Of a stretch of 64,000 bases of DNA, positions 30,325-46,389 are shown in pieces. The translations under genes were made by a program, and so were the position numbers. Numbering within the stretch: position 1 is the stretch's first letter; every line of letters begins with the position of its first letter. Origin of the DNA: the human T2T-CHM13v2.0 reference genome, Homo sapiens; the NCBI RefSeq assembly GCF_009914755.1, contig NC_060936.1; one strand, written 5' to 3'. The notes under the pieces were generated by a model. That model was not told where the DNA came from and searched no databases. It saw only the letters and a list, made by a program, of their open reading frames with translations.

Positions 30325-30735
30325 TAATTTTATTTTTTAATTGACAAATAATAATTGTACATATTCATGGGGTACATGGTGGTGTTTCAATAGATAGAAT
30401 GGATAATGATCGGATCAGAGTAATTAGCATGTTCATCACCTAAAGTATTTATCGTTTCTTTGTGTTGGAAACATTTAATATACTCCTTCTAGCTATTGGA
30501 ACTAATAATATGTTATTGTTAACTGCAGTCATCCTACAGTGTCACAGAACACTAGAACTTGTTTATTCCTCTACCTAGCTGTAATTTGCTATCTTTTAAC
30601 AAATCCCTCCCTTTCTTCAACCTCTCCCAGCCTCTAGTATCCTGTCTTCTATGTTTTACTTCTGTGAGATCAACATTTTCAGGCTTCTGCACATGAGTGA
30701 ATAAAAAACACGAGTTTTTAATTTTCTGTGTTTGC
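30325..30735 (-). mobile_element. L1MA 3' end
   Basis: ttgacaaataataattgtacatattcatggggtacat...tgagatcaacattttcaggcttctgcacatgagtga. Confidence 0.88.
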
Positions 30736-33700
30736 ACAGGTGCCTGAAGATGGGATGGCCAGGTCAGAATTTGTCAACAGACAATGAAAAATGTCCATGG
30801 ACTGGTTGTGATTCTCTCTAGCTCAATATTTGGCTGATACACACAGAAATCAAGAAAGACTTAAAATAACTATCACCATTATTTTCTTTTCCTCCCTGGT
30901 GAGGAATTCTTCTGGACCCTTCTTTGCTCTTTTAAACTCTCCCAGTGGCTCAGGATCATATCATGGGTAAACACATGAGTTCCTGATTGAGTCTGGACAG
31001 ACCCACTTCTCTTTGCTTAATAAATATATGAATCCATTGTTACAAAGCTCCACGGTACTAAGGAGATCCCTCTCTGGGTCTGGGCTTTCAGACACACCCT
31101 CGACCACACAGGGTGGGATTTCTTGTTGCTGTTGAAGTCAACATCGCAGCACTAGTGATAGAAATGGCACATTTAACCTCCTGACCCTGGGGGGAGGAGA
31201 TGCCCAATTTATTAATATATTAGAGTATCCCGTGAGTGGGGCAGTCACACAGGGACCTAAGCCTCTGAATTCAAGCCCCAGGCAACCTGTCCCTGCTGTA
31301 TGTCCCCTGGTTCCTCTCTCAACTTCACTCTTTGTGGTTGCATTTTCCAACAGGGCACCTGCACCAAATAAATATGCATATATTTAGCATCCATATTTCA
31401 GGAAGTCTCATCCTCACCTGTTTTTGGAGAGAAATATGCTGGGGACACACATGGTACTTGTAGAGTGGGAAAAGGGGTGCTGTGCAGATGGGGGATGCTG
31501 TGCTCTGGGGTTTATGAGTCTCTGTGACAAACCGTACACATTATCACAGGGTGTATCTTCAAGAAGCCTCCCTGGGCAGGATGTTTAACCTTTCTAAATG
31601 TCATTATTCTCATCTACAAATCGGAGATTAATATGAGTGGTCTCGTAGGTTGAGAGGAGAGGGAATTCCTTGGGGGAGGGCTGGAAGCCCTACTCCCAGA
31701 AGGAGCATGGTAATGAGTCCAACAGGAGGTAGGGGGTAAGAGGCAGAGGCCAGCAGACTTGGAGGTGGAGGGTTCTGTGATAGCTTAGCAACTGCTGTTC
31801 CAGTTTCTATGCACAGCTTAGGAGCCCCATGTTTGGGGAGACAAGGTCTCCAGAGAACTGACTGGGGAGTGGAGGTGTCTCTGCAATCCAAGAGGTTCCT
31901 TCCTCCACAGAAGCAGGGCAAACACACATCCAGGGGCACAGGCTGTATTTTTGCCAGAAAGAACAAGGAGAAGCAGCAGCTTGCCACACCGGGCCCACGG
32001 CTCCAGGTCTGCCTCCAAGATGGGGATGTGTCCAGATCCACCATATGCCATGGCTTAGAGGAGAGGTGGTGAGAGATCCAGAAACTCCCAATCCTTCTAT
32101 CTTTAGCTTTATGATGCAGCAGGACCCAGGGTGGGACTCTGAGTCATTTTCTTGGCACAGACTCGCAGTGAATTAAAGACACCTCACTCCAAATTCAAAC
32201 AAGATGCAGCAAGAATGAAAGAGAAAAACAAATCCTAAAGCTGTCAATGTCACCGTCTCTTTGATGGCTCCATCTTGAAGCTGTCAAAGGAATTCCCAGG
32301 CCCCTTTGGACATAATTCTAGGTGGTGGAATATGGGGAGGGTCACCCCCAGAGATGCCAGGCAGAGCAGAGGCTGGTGGACCGTGCACAGCCAGAAGCCC
32401 TCACAACACAGCAACCCTCAAGCCCAGCACATATCACCCAGCAGTTTGTGGGCAAAACCTCAGGCAAATCTCAGTCACAAGAACAACCTCTTTCAGTCAC
32501 AAGAATAATCTCTGTCCAGTAATACACAGTGTCATACCAAGTCACATCAGAACTCTGAAATGTATGCAAGTTAACGGTACCACCCTACCCCAGCTGGGGC
32601 TGCTTCTGGCTGAGAACCTGCAGTGAAGTTTACAAAGGCAAGTGGGGACGGCTCCTTCTCTCTGGTTTCATTCCCCGCCCCCGCCCCCCTCCCCCGCTCC
32701 AGTCACTTCTGATTATGGCCCCAGAGTGAGACAAAGAAGTACAGGAGTGGAAAATATCTGCCCTGACAGACACAATCAGGAACTGACACCAATGTCCCCT
32801 AGATGGAGCAGATACCCAAGTCTGACTCTTCCTCCCATGGCATCATTATCTGAGTTTTGTGGGGCCCGTGGCATGGACGTAGCCTGCATTAGCTTGATCC
32901 AAGTGACATCTTTTCCTGATGGCCGTGAACAGCTCTCCCGTTCATGCCTTGGCTTCAGGCAGTCCACTTCCTCCAGGCAGTTCCCTTTATAGGTTCCCTT
33001 TGAAGACCACCTTCGACCTGGCTTTCTTGTACCATCCCAAGAAAACAGACAGCTCTTTTCCCCTTTGTTGGTAAAAGCACAGAGTCTCCCAATGCGTCCC
33101 TCTCTGTCTGTGTTCTGTCCCAGTCAGGCAGTTCTGACCCCAGCCTTTGACATTCAGAATTCGCCTGGTTGGACTCAGATCCGAGTTCTTACGTCTACTC
33201 CATGCCAGAGGTCACAAGTCAAACTCTCCATGTGATTTCTCTGAAGCTCAAATTTATCCAAGTCAGTGGCTCGATCCTGCCCCATCTCAGGTCTGCACTG
33301 GGCTTAGAAATTGTAGTGAAGAAAAGAAACGCAACTAACTGACTCTCTTTTGCTTCACCTCTTCTCCAGTCGCTAGTTACTAATTACCTCCTTCCTAACG
33401 GTTACATTAAAGCTACGTTCACTGGCTTAGGAGGTGAGAGATGCCAGCACACCAATAACTTCCCTCCAAGTCATCTCAGCACCTCTGATCTTGGCAGGAG
33501 CAGGTGATCCGCTGCTGCTGGAGGATCCATGTTCAGTCTTTAGCATGTCCTTCCTGTGTGTTTTCTCAGCCTCTGGGGGAACACCTGGTACCTATTTCAT
33601 GATTCTCATCTCCTGGTTATTAGAAAAATGTATGGGTTTTAATAGATGTTACGTTTAATATCTCCACTCCAATTTTTTTTTCAAATTTTAGATTTGGGGA

Positions 33701-34044
33701 TACAAGTGCAGTTTGTTACATGGACATGTTATGGTGGTGAAGTCTTGGCCGTTAGTGCAGCCATCACCCAAAAGGTGTACATTGTACCCGGTAATTAATG
33801 TTTCCTCTCTCACCCCCTCCACCTTCTCGCCCTTCCAGTCTCCAGTGTGTTATTCCACACTCGTTGTTCATGTGTACACATTATTTAGCTCCCACTTATA
33901 AATTAGAACATGCAGCATTTGACTTCCTATTTCTGAGTTATTTAAGATAATGGTCTCTAGTTCCATCTGTGTTGCTGTAAAAGACATTATTCCATTCTTT
34001 TTTTATGCCTGAGTAGTATCCATGGTGTGTCTGCGTATGTATGG

Positions 34045-34180
34045 GTGCGTGTGTGTGCATGTGCGTGCGCGTGCGTGTGTGCGTGTGTGTGCGCGTGGGT
34101 GCATGTGTGTGCGTGTGCATGTGTGCGTGTGTGCACGTGTGCGCATGTGTGTGCATGCGCGTGTGTGTGTGTGTATACAT
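34045..34180. repeat. Alternating purine-pyrimidine (TG/CG/CA) tract
   Basis: Uninterrupted alternation 34099-34180 (82 bp) and 34045-34097. Confidence 0.95.
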
Positions 34181-34479
34181 CTGCACATTTTCTTTACCCA
34201 ATCGTCCACTGATGGACAATTTAGTCGATTCCATATCTTTGCCATTGTGAACAGTGTTGTGATAAATATACCAGTACAGGTATCTTTTTGGCCTAAAGAT
34301 TTTTCTTTTGGGTAGATACCCAGTAGTGGGATTGCTGAATTGAACGGTCATTCCATTTTTTGTTCTTTGGGAAATCTCCATACTATTTTCCACAGAGGCT
34401 GAATGACTTTACATTCCCACCAACGGTGTCTAAGGGCTCCCTTTTCTCTGCATTCTCACCAACATCTGTTATATTTTGA

Positions 34480-34782
<303 letters not shown>

Positions 34783-37700
34783 ATATTTTGATTTTTTTAG
34801 TAATAGCCACTCTGACTGGCATAAGATTATATCTCCCTGTGGTATTGATTTGCTACATTGACTCACGTCTCTCTTTTCACCGATCTTTGATGTCCTTTCT
34901 GTCCTCACTGTTCATGTGACACGTGTCTGCCGTGTCACATCCTGTCTTATCTTTTATAGTTTAAGAGCTTAACACTAATGAGTCTATGAATATTTTTAGA
35001 AAAATATCTGCCAGCCAGTAGATATAGGAACCACACCATGTGTCGGACACCGAGACTTTCAGTGGGGATACAGCAGTGTCCAGACACATATGGTGTCAGC
35101 TCTTGAGAAGTTTGCAGGCTTCACGTGGTTTCTGAGAACACAGAAGGAACTCAATAGATGTGACTGGTGATTAGTGGGTTATAGGAAAGGAAAACTGGAT
35201 TGCGATTAGTGAGGGGGAACTCTCAAGACTCTGGCTGTGATGGGCCAGGCATGTGAGATGCTCCTCCAGACCTTCCATGAAACACCGGTTTATTTGTGCT
35301 GCAAGTACCTCTGACTTTTTCCAGTGCTGTAGCTTGATGGTTCAGTGACATCTATCTTTCCTTTGCCTAGTGTACAGTGGCTTTTACACAAAGCTTCCTT
35401 CCACTGAGTGACTTTGTCAATCTCCTTTGTTTAATTCATTGGCATTCCATCTCTTTATGGCAGAGTTTCATCAGGTAGAGGAGGGTAACTCTCTATTCTT
35501 GGTAATAATATCTGCCACCTGAAAAAAACACTAAAGAATACACAGAATAGCCATATCTTTACCAAGACGTGCCTACATATATTTTGATCATGAGTAAGGC
35601 ACTAGAATGTCACAGGAGCGTCCTCTTCTTAGAGACTATGGTATGATGGCCCTAGGAACAGACGATCACATGTGTAGATTTAACATGATATGTTTGTAAT
35701 GTCAATTCTGTTCTTCAAACTCCCTTCAGATCCTAGTAAGCTCTCAATATCATCTCAAAACCCTGGGGTTAAAATACTGGTCCTTGCTTTGGACACTGCG
35801 TGGTGACTGACTCAGCCAGCGTAAAATCCCTCAGCTCATCATCCCTTGCCATCAAGACTCCAGCAGCTACAGAGCAGGGACCCTCCGCAAAGCTAATGAC
35901 AGCTCCATCTCTGAACCTACTGGCAAAAGAAGGGATTGGGAGACCATGGAGATGGGCCCAGGTTAGTCCAGCCATAGAGGGGGACAGCTTCCTGAGAAGG
36001 CGGCTTCTGCAGGCAGTTGTGTCCAGTCCTCGCTCTGTCATTCCCTTCCTGGGAGATGTTCAGGCCTGAAGGGCATCTCCAGGTGGACCAGTGGGCCACT
36101 CTGTTCCCGTCAGAGAAGTCCCTTACATCTTCCCCTGCTGCTCAGACCCTCCTTGCACTGCTGATCCCAAGGCATCCGTGGCCTCCACGCCAGTCTGAGG
36201 ATCTCCTTCTCTGCCATGTGCTCACTCAGGGTCCCTTTCAGAGGAATGAGAAGACGGAAACCCTCTAGTTACAGAAAGTCCCTCTGGAAAACAGGTCCAT
36301 TCCTATCACTCCTCTTTAAGTGTCTCTCAATGTCGACATCAAACTGTAGCCTGTCTCCATATCTTAAAACCATCTAATTAAAAAACATAATATATGGCCA
36401 TTTTAGTTCATGTTTGGCATTATGTTATGATTTCTGATAGATTGTGGTTGACAACATTCAAAAATTAAAGGGAGTGATAAAACTAATGGATACCTCTTTT
36501 ATTCAGTATTACTTTTCTTTGGTGAAAGTTCTCCACGGACCATGAGCTAATAATGAGACCAGCTCAGGTATCTACCTTTAAGCACTTGCATATTTTTTCT
36601 GTTGTCTGAGAGGTACCAACAGTCTGTGCTTGTAATTACTCTGTACATTCGACAGAGCATTAATGATCACATTTGAGAATAGCTGCCCCACTCCAAAAGT
36701 ATCCTATAATATGGCTGCATAAAACAAAAAGTAGAAACAAAACATAAAAAGCAGACATATTACTCTTCATGAGTTCAGGCTGACGTTCATTTTTCCAGCT
36801 CTTATTAGTGAAATAAAATGACAACAACAGCAAAGTAAACACATGCCAATATTCTTTATTCCAAAGCACAGACTGTCAGCATGTGTGAGCATGTGTGAGC
36901 ATCTTTCAGACTTGCATAGCCAGAGTATCATTATCTTCTACTTCACACATTAGAAACAGTGGAAATGTTGAGCTAAAGAAATGTGATATTTACACTTTGA
37001 TAGTGTGTATCTTTCTCCAATATGGGTTATCATACTCCTGGGAAATTCACTTGGATTGGTCTCTAGGAGCAAAGATGTGTGACCTTAAATCTGATTGTCT
37101 CAGAATATACTGTCCTGGACCCAGTCACCCGTGAAGGAGAGAGTCTTTAAAGACACAGTGAGCTCTATTGTATCCAATGGGGTAACTGTGCATAGGGGGA
37201 TTTTAGGAAGTAGTGCCCCAAATTGCCTTTCCTGATAATGTGAATTCCTCATGGGCTGGTAAATGCCCCCACATACAGTGAGCTTTAAATGACTGGAAAA
37301 GTGCAATTAGAACTTTGTTTCACAGAGTAGGGTAATTTTGACAGATGAATCTCTGACTCATGAGAAAGAAGTAAAACTGAATGTCAAGAAGATGTAGAAT
37401 ACGATAGACACTTAGCCTTAAGGCAACTTAAAATATCGAAAGCCAGAAAGAGCTTTTCTGCCCAACCGAACAATAGGAATAAGATGGATAATCTATTACA
37501 TTACAACTTATATTGAACCTCTCAGTTCAAAAGGAACCGATTAGATGCAAATTTAAGGGATACAACACCAGTCAGAACAAACTGAGGTCCACAAAAAGAA
37601 ATAACTGTAAAAATTGTTAAAATGGAACCGAATATCAATGACTTTTTTGACCATTCTAAAAGATAATTGTCTGAAGAAAGGCCAGCGTCATACTGTGTGC

Positions 37701-38232
37701 ATGTATAATGCATGTACATTTTCATATGTGCATATGTACAATATGCATATGTATATGATATATATGGCATATGCGCAATAGCATACATTTAGATCATATG
37801 TAAAACTAAGCCGTATGACAGTTCACAAAAGACGAGGGAAAATAATTGGGAGTATACTGTTCAAGATTCTTGCAATGCATGAATCAGATAATAGTGATAT
37901 AATATTATCTGACGTTTGAATTTGATTATTTAAAGATGTATATTGCAAAGCCAGACAAAATATAAAAATTATAAATAAGTTAATATTGAAGATAAAAATG
38001 ATTTGTAAAATTATACAGTTAATTGGAAGCATGCAGAAGAGAGGAAAAAGAGAGAACAGGTAAGAAAATAGAAGACAACTAAAATGGTAGACTTAAATTC
38101 AAGGATATCAATTATTAATACATTAAATGCAAATAGTCTAGGGTCTAGACTTCCAATTAAAAGACAGATTGCCAGATTGAATAGAAGACAAGAATCAACT
38201 ATATGCTGCTGTGAGTATCAAAATAAACAAAT

Positions 38233-38533
38233 GGGCCTGGTGTGATAATTCATGCTTGTAATCCCATAATCCCAGCACTTTGGGATGCCGAGGCAGGCAG
38301 ATAACTTGAGGCCAGGAGTTTGAGACCAGCCTGACCAACATGGGGAAACCCCATCTCTATCAAAAATTCAAAAATTGGCTGGGTGTGGTGGCACAGGCCT
38401 GTAGTTCCAGCTACTTGGGAGGCTAAGGCAAGAGAATCACTTGAACATGGGAGGCAGAGGCTGCAGTGAGCCGAGGTCATGTCACTGCAGCCCAGCCTGG
38501 GTAACAGAGCGAGACTCCATCTCAAAAAAAAAA
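38233..38533 (+). mobile_element. Alu
   Basis: Full Alu with small internal duplication taatcccataatccca. Confidence 0.95.
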
Positions 38534-38818
38534 ATCCCCCCAAAATAAACCTATGCCATGTGAACACTAATCAAAAGAAAGCTGACTGACTGTGATAAAC
38601 GTAGGCTTCAGAAGAAGGAATGTGTCAGGAATAAAGAAGGAAATTATATAATGATAACAGGATAAATTCTTCAAAAGACCAAACATCCTCAATGTGCATG
38701 TATCTATCAACAGAGTTGCAAAACATATGAAGCAAAACCAGCAAGAAATGATAAGAGGAACAGACAAATTCACAATTGCCATGGGAGATGTAGCACTCCA
38801 CTTTTGTTAATAACATCA

Positions 38819-39290
<472 letters not shown>

Positions 39291-39672
39291 TTAAAAATTT
39301 AAAAGACCCAACAGCTCAAGGAGGAAAAAAAAATTAGTGTGCATATAGTAGACCTTAAAAAAAGCTATCAGTCCACCAGTGCCAATTGTTATTCATAAAA
39401 TACCTAATAGAAGAGCACACACATTTTCTTTAGTATACTTAGAACATTCACCAAGATAGTTTATCTTCTATTTCATAAACCAACCTTAATAAATTAAAGA
39501 AATATAAAGCAAAGTGTGTTCTTGAACCACTATAGAATTGAATGAGAATCAACAACGGCAAAATACATAAGCAATACTTAAATATTTGGAAATTTAAGGA
39601 CACACTAAGAAATTTATCCATGGAGCAAATATTAACTCATAGGAGAAACCAGAGAAATTATAAAACTTGTTT

Positions 39673-39957
<285 letters not shown>

Positions 39958-40639
39958 CTACATTAGAATGATGCTCTGATATTTAATCCTACTCCACCAT
40001 CTGACCCCAGGACAAAGGAGACAGAAATCTAAGAAACTGGAACATAATCTGGAAGGATACTTTAATATTTGGCTGGAGACCACATATACTCACAAAGGAT
40101 GAAAGCCTAAATCAATAACAGTCTTCATACCTGTGGCCCAGAGAGGACAAATATGGTAGGTGGTGAATGTGGAATATCTTAGTGATGGGTGTTGTTCTAT
40201 ATTTTTGTTTGCACTCATATGTCCTGATACTGGTTCTTAATGGTAGTTAAACTCTATATGTGAGCTGGACAGAATTATTATAGGCTTTCCACACCTAACA
40301 AAGTTGTACTATTGAAGCCATTTTGCAACTCAGACTAGAGAGTTATGTGTAATATTAATGTTACAAAAATGCACATAAACTATTGAAATTATTTAAAAAT
40401 TAATAAAGTACCTACAGAACCCAGATTCCTGTTGCTAAGTGAATTTGTGAAGTCTGGTCACATTTGGGAACATTTTTCAATTACTGGTGTTCTTAGTTAT
40501 AGCCCAAGACATCTCTTAAATTATAATCCTTCAGAAAAGAAATGCAAACACAAGTACAACTCATAATAATTTATCACTGCTACAGATAATTGGGGAATTA
40601 GTCTTTATCAGTCAGTCCTTGTTTCCATACTCTTACAGA

Positions 40640-40830
40640 AAACCTTCTCTGAGTCCTACAAACTGAGCTAGCAATCTATCTTCAGTGAAGTTCCAATCAC
40701 TACACTTGCTTCATTGTATTATGCTGATCTATATTAGAGTATGGACTTCTTACTAGATTTTAAGCTCTTTGTGTGCAAGACAATGATGAATATCAATACA
40801 GTTTTGCAGAACAAATAAATAAATGTGTAT
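40640..40830 (+). mobile_element. L2 3' end fragment
   Basis: actagattttaagctctttgtgtgcaagac...gaacaaataaataaatg. Confidence 0.5.
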
Positions 40831-41689
40831 CAAGGATTGTGACTCACCAGCTCCACCTGTATTCTCCAAGGTCTTGCTTGAATTTCAAGTAGAGAGAGAA
40901 GAGGTAGACCACATTCTTCCCTTCCATTTCCTTCCAGTTGATTAACTTTCCCTGTCACCTACAGCTTTGCCAAATATGATCTACTTCAGTCAACGTAATC
41001 TTGAAACTTCTGAATTTCAAAAACTGAAGAGTTGTAGAAGATATGGCTTCATCTCTCTTGGTGCACATCCACACATGGCACACAACTAGAATCAATTCAA
41101 GTTTGTTCTATGAGATATTCTCCAAGTAGAAATAGGTTAGTGCATTCTTTCCTAAAATATTAATATCCAAAAAATGGCACAACTTCTCAAAAGACCTGGT
41201 CTTTACCTAAACAGGTTTTATGTGACATGAATCTATTCTTTTTCTCTTTTAATGACCATAATCAAGGCAAAAGTCTTTACCCTCTTTTTCTCAGAATTAG
41301 AAATCCAAAGAACACCATACTTATGAAAACACACTTTGATAATTTTTTAGAGATCAAGGTAAAGATTGCAAGTCCTTCCACTTTCCTTCTATGCTCTTCT
41401 CCTCCAGAAATAGCACTTTTATGTTCATTTATCTGCTTCCTGCTTTTTTCTCTTCACTCTTAGACTCTCTTCATGTCTAAGAACTAGGCTGAACCCTTGA
41501 TTTGCTACTCTCCTGGTATAGGGACTTGGAAAACATATTTTTCTCATTGGACTTCAGTTATGTCATCCAAAAATATGAGGATTCAAGCTGTTATCAAATA
41601 ATTGTTTTAAGAAAAAAATCACCAAAGAGATGTAAAATATTTAACCTAGCATTCAGTAATGGTTATCTATTATATTATATTATATTAAT

Positions 41690-43760
41690 TCTTTAAAATT
41701 TTATTTTTAAAAATCACTTTTTTTGAGGAGGAGTATGCATACGGTAAAGCACACAAATCTTAAGAGAACAGTTCAATTAATTATTACACATTTACCTGCC
41801 CGCCTGGTCACCACACAAATCCTGATATAGAACACACCTAAAAGTAATTGCCTCCTTAAAATTTGTATTCTGGTCCAAAATTTGCTTCACTCTAATTCCA
41901 AACATAATCTGATATTTGTTACCATAATGTCTTGGTTATTATAGCTTTCTAGAAATCTTTGAGGTCAGATTGTACATGTTCTTTAACTTCATCCTCAAAA
42001 TTATGTTGGTTCTTATAGTTCCTGCTTCTTTCCCCATAAATATTAGAATCACTTTATCCATTTCTATAATAATTTCCACATGGATATTTGTTGAAATTGC
42101 ATTTAAACTATATGTTATTAGAGACAGTTCACATCTTAAGAATATTGTCTTTCAATCCATGAACATGGTACATCTTTCCATTTATTTAGGTCTTAAATTT
42201 TTTTCATCAGTGTTTTGTCATTTTCTGCATACAGCTCTTACTCATATTTTGTTATATTTGGCTATTTGGTGTTTTTTAAATGGTATTTTTTTTCATTTAA
42301 ATTCCCAAATGTCCATTGTTAATATATAGAAATGCAATTGTTTATTGTAAACTGAAACTGTATTCTGCAGTCTTATTAAACTCACATTTTAATTCTAGTA
42401 GCTCTTTTGTAGAATTTTTGGATTTCTCTAGGAAGACTGCCATGTCATCTGCAAATAGCAATAACTTTATTTCTTATTTTATGTTCTGTATGTCTTTTAT
42501 TGTTTATTCTTTACTTATTATGCTGACCAAGATCTTCAATATGAGGTTAGGTAAAAAAGGTGAGAGAAAATATTATTTTCATGTTCCTTATCTGAGGGGA
42601 TGAAAATTTAACCTTTTGTCATTAAAGGCGATGCTAATTGGACATATTTTTGATGTAAGAGATTTTCTTTCTGTTCTTAATTGATTACAATTTTTATCAT
42701 AAATGAGGTAATGATTTTTCTCAAATGCTTTTGCTGCATTTATTATAATGGTTGTATGCTTTTTCTTCTTTAGTCTGTGTGATGGTTAATATTGAGTGTC
42801 AACTTGATTGGACTGAAGGATACAAAGTATTGATTGGCAACACCTATAAGGCTGTTGCCAAAGCAGATTAACATTTGAGTCAGTGGGCTGGGCAAGGCAG
42901 ACCCACCCTTAATCTGGGTGGGCACAATCTAATCAGCTGCTGGCACAGCTAGAATATAAGCAGGCAGAAAAATGTGAAAAGAGCGACTGGCCTAGCCTCC
43001 CACCCTACATCTTTCTCCTATGCTGGATCCTTCCTGCTCTCAAACATCGGACTCTAAGTCCTTCAGCTTTGGAACTCGAACTGGCTCTTCTTCCTCCTCT
43101 GCCTACTGATGGCCTATGCTAGAATTTTGTGATCATGTGAATTAATACTTAATAAACTCATATATATATATAATATATATATATATTAATATATATATAT
43201 ATACATGTATTCCATTAGTTCTGTCCCTCTAGAGAATCCTAATAGTCTGTTTATATGTTAAATTATACTGATTGATTTATGAATGTTGAAGCAATCTTGC
43301 ATTTCTCAGATAATGGAAGTGATTATAATGTAATAGTGTTAATTTATTTTAAATTAGATTTTAAAATAATTTGTTAAGAATTATTGCATTTCTATTTATG
43401 AGGAATATTTGTTTCTATTTGCTTTTCTTGTAGTATCTTTGTCTGGTATTTGTATCAGGGTACTGCTAGCTAATAAAATGAACTCTGAAATGTTTTTTCC
43501 TCTTCTACTTTCTAAAAGACATATTGTACAAAGCATACTATTTCTTATGAAATATTTAATAAATGTAACCAGCATGCCATTGGGTCTGGGTTTTCCTTTC
43601 TGAAAAGTTTTTGTTCCCTGCCCTTTGAATTAAATTTCTTTGAGTTGTTTAGGACTATACAAGTTATCTATTTCTGCTTGAGTGGCCTTTTGTAGTTTCT
43701 GTCTTTCAGGGGCTTGGTCTATTTATTTAACTTAGTAATAAAATTGTTGCAGTATTCCAT
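41690..43760 (-). mobile_element. Old L1M (L1ME-like 3' end plus ORF2) split by MLT2A
   Basis: tttgttgaaattgcatttaaactata...catgtcatctgcaaatag...tttgtctggtatttgtatcagggtactgctagc. Confidence 0.8.
42778..43244 (+). mobile_element. MLT2A solo LTR (HERV-L)
   Basis: tgtgatggttaatattgagtgtcaacttgattgg...ctgtccctctagagaatcctaata; 5-bp TSD gtctg (42773-42777/43245-43249). Confidence 0.93.
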
Positions 43761-44097
43761 TATTTCACTACCTCGATTTTCTCACAGCTAGTCTACCAAA
43801 GGTCGAGAAAAAAAAAAGGAAAAAGTTTAACTCTTAGTGAATTGTTTTTTCCTGTGATTACTGGATGGAACTTGCTAGTAATTAAAATATTTTATATTCC
43901 TTTATGAAATTTCTACAATCAATCAAACATACTTCTTTCAAGACTGTGTTGTGTGTTATCTCCAAAATACTGGTATTCATGATACATTTTATCAACTCTA
44001 CTGAGGTATCATTGACATAAAACACATTGTATATATTTAAATGTACAATTTAATAAGTTATGACATATCATATACTCATGAAACCAACCATGACTAA

Positions 44098-44390
<293 letters not shown>

Positions 44391-44535
44391 TAAGACAATT
44401 TTAACATATGCATCAGCTCCAATGGACTTCTCATGCTCTCCCTACTCCTCTGGCCCTCCAGTCACTCTCAGCATGCCTGGACAACATTGATTCATTCCTT
44501 TCATTATCAATTATTTTGCATTTCTAAAAATATTA

Positions 44536-44972
44536 TGAAAATGGAAGCATGTAATATGATGGTTAATTTTATGCATCAACTTAACTGGGTCATGAGATGT
44601 CCAGAGAGTTGTTCAAACATTACTCTGGGTGTGTCTGTGAGAGTGTTTTGAGAAGAAATTTATATTTAAAATGGTAGACAGAATACAGCAAATTGCCTTT
44701 TATAATGTGTGTGAACCTTATCTAGTCAGTTGAGGGTTGGGATGAAAGAAAATTCTGATCCTCCCTCTAGTAACAAAAGGATTCATCTACCTGTCAGCCT
44801 TCAACTTGGAACAACAGCTCTACAAATTTGGACTTGCCAGTCTCCATAATCACATGACCCAATTCCTGATAAGCTTTCTCTCCTCTTTCTGTCTCACTTT
44901 GTGTGTGTGTGTGTGTGTGTGTGTACACATACCTTTTTGGTTCTGTTGCTTTAGAGAACTCCAACTAATCCA
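44536..44972 (+). mobile_element. MLT2D-like solo LTR
   Basis: atgatggttaatttttatgcatcaacttaactggg...ctgggtgtgtctgtgagagtgtttt...agaactccaactaatcca. Confidence 0.82.
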
Positions 44973-46389
44973 TATAACAAGTAATATTTTCTGGCAGCCT
45001 TTTTTCACTCAGTATAATTATTTTGAGATTCACCTCTGTTGTTTTGAATATCAGTAATTTATTCCCTTTTATTACTAAGTGTTTATAATGTATGGATGCA
45101 CCATAATTTTTTTATCAATTCACTTGTTGGTGGACACTCGGGTTTGACTATTACCTAAGGAGCTTTTATGAATATCGGCGCATGAAACTTTATAAAGACA
45201 TAGGCTTTACCTCTCTTGAACAAAGACTTAAGAGTGTTACGGCTAGATCAACGAGTAGGTGCATGGTTACCTCTTAAGAAATTGCCAAACTGTTTTACAA
45301 AGTGCTTGTAAAAGTGTGTGTTTTCTCTAACTGTATGAACGTGCTCAAGACAAGAGAAAGCTGCTTTATGTATTCTACAACTTCCTGACTGCCCACTGTT
45401 TTCCTCTTCCTATGTAACTGTTTTAATATTCATCCATCTCCTTTAGTTTTATGTCTTCTATTTCCTTGATCTTTATTAAAATCACCTCTGTTTACTCTTG
45501 CTACCTTATATCTGGTTTGCACCTCTTTTATGTATAAAGGCTCCCTGTCCTGGGAGAGGAGGTTGCTTTTATACAGAAGAAACACTGTGTCCTCTGGAGT
45601 AGCCAGTCCTTCTGCACAGACTGTGTATGAGTCCTTCTCTCTACACTGCTCATTGTCCCTCCAGAGAGGCTTCTCTTTTTCTGTTTTTTTGAGAGAGTTT
45701 TAAAAACTCTGGTTTACTCAAAATTCAGTGTATCCACCCCTCTACTCACATAGGCATAGAAAACTGCAGGCTCACTCCTCACAGGAGGGAGACATTTTAC
45801 ACAGCACGTGTATTTACATGGATGCAGCTAAGTGCCCAGGAGCTCCAGAAACTTGTGATTATAGAATCATTCCAAGGGCAGGCTGACTTTTGAACACAGG
45901 GAGCTGGAGGAGACGGGGGACGTGAGAGTGTAGCAGCTGCACACACTAGTGTACCTGCAGGACCAGCCCAAACTGGGCCTACTCTGTTGATCACAGAATG
46001 TCAAGTTACTTTGTAGGTAACAAAGCCAAAACTGCAAGTCCTGAAGCCCAGGCATGCGCAATAGAGAAAAGTTTGTCCTCTAACAATACCTGCAACTAAT
46101 AATTCCTCCCTGGGGCACCAAGAATATTGGATGTGATTGGAACCTGAACCCTTCCAAAGGCAAGGGGACTGTTGGCCCAGATCAGAAGCTAAAGTCCACT
46201 TCAACATACCTTGACTACAAATGGTCAAATTCGAAACTCTGTAATTTTACGCATCAACAGTGCACTGTAGAGAGAAGGACTCACACACAGCCTGTGCAGA
46301 AGGAGTAAACAAGGTGATGTTAATAAGGATCAAGGAAATAGAAGACATAAAACCAAAGGAGATGGATGAATAATAAAAAAAGCTCTGCA

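Noticed and set aside
32470-32512. Short tandem duplications (22-mer here; also about 9984-10010, 47621-47646, 58756-58782)
   Set aside because: Two-copy slippage products; not CRISPR-like or otherwise informative.
33938-34393. His/Thr- and Cys/Val-rich ORFs
   Set aside because: Microsatellite inside an L1.
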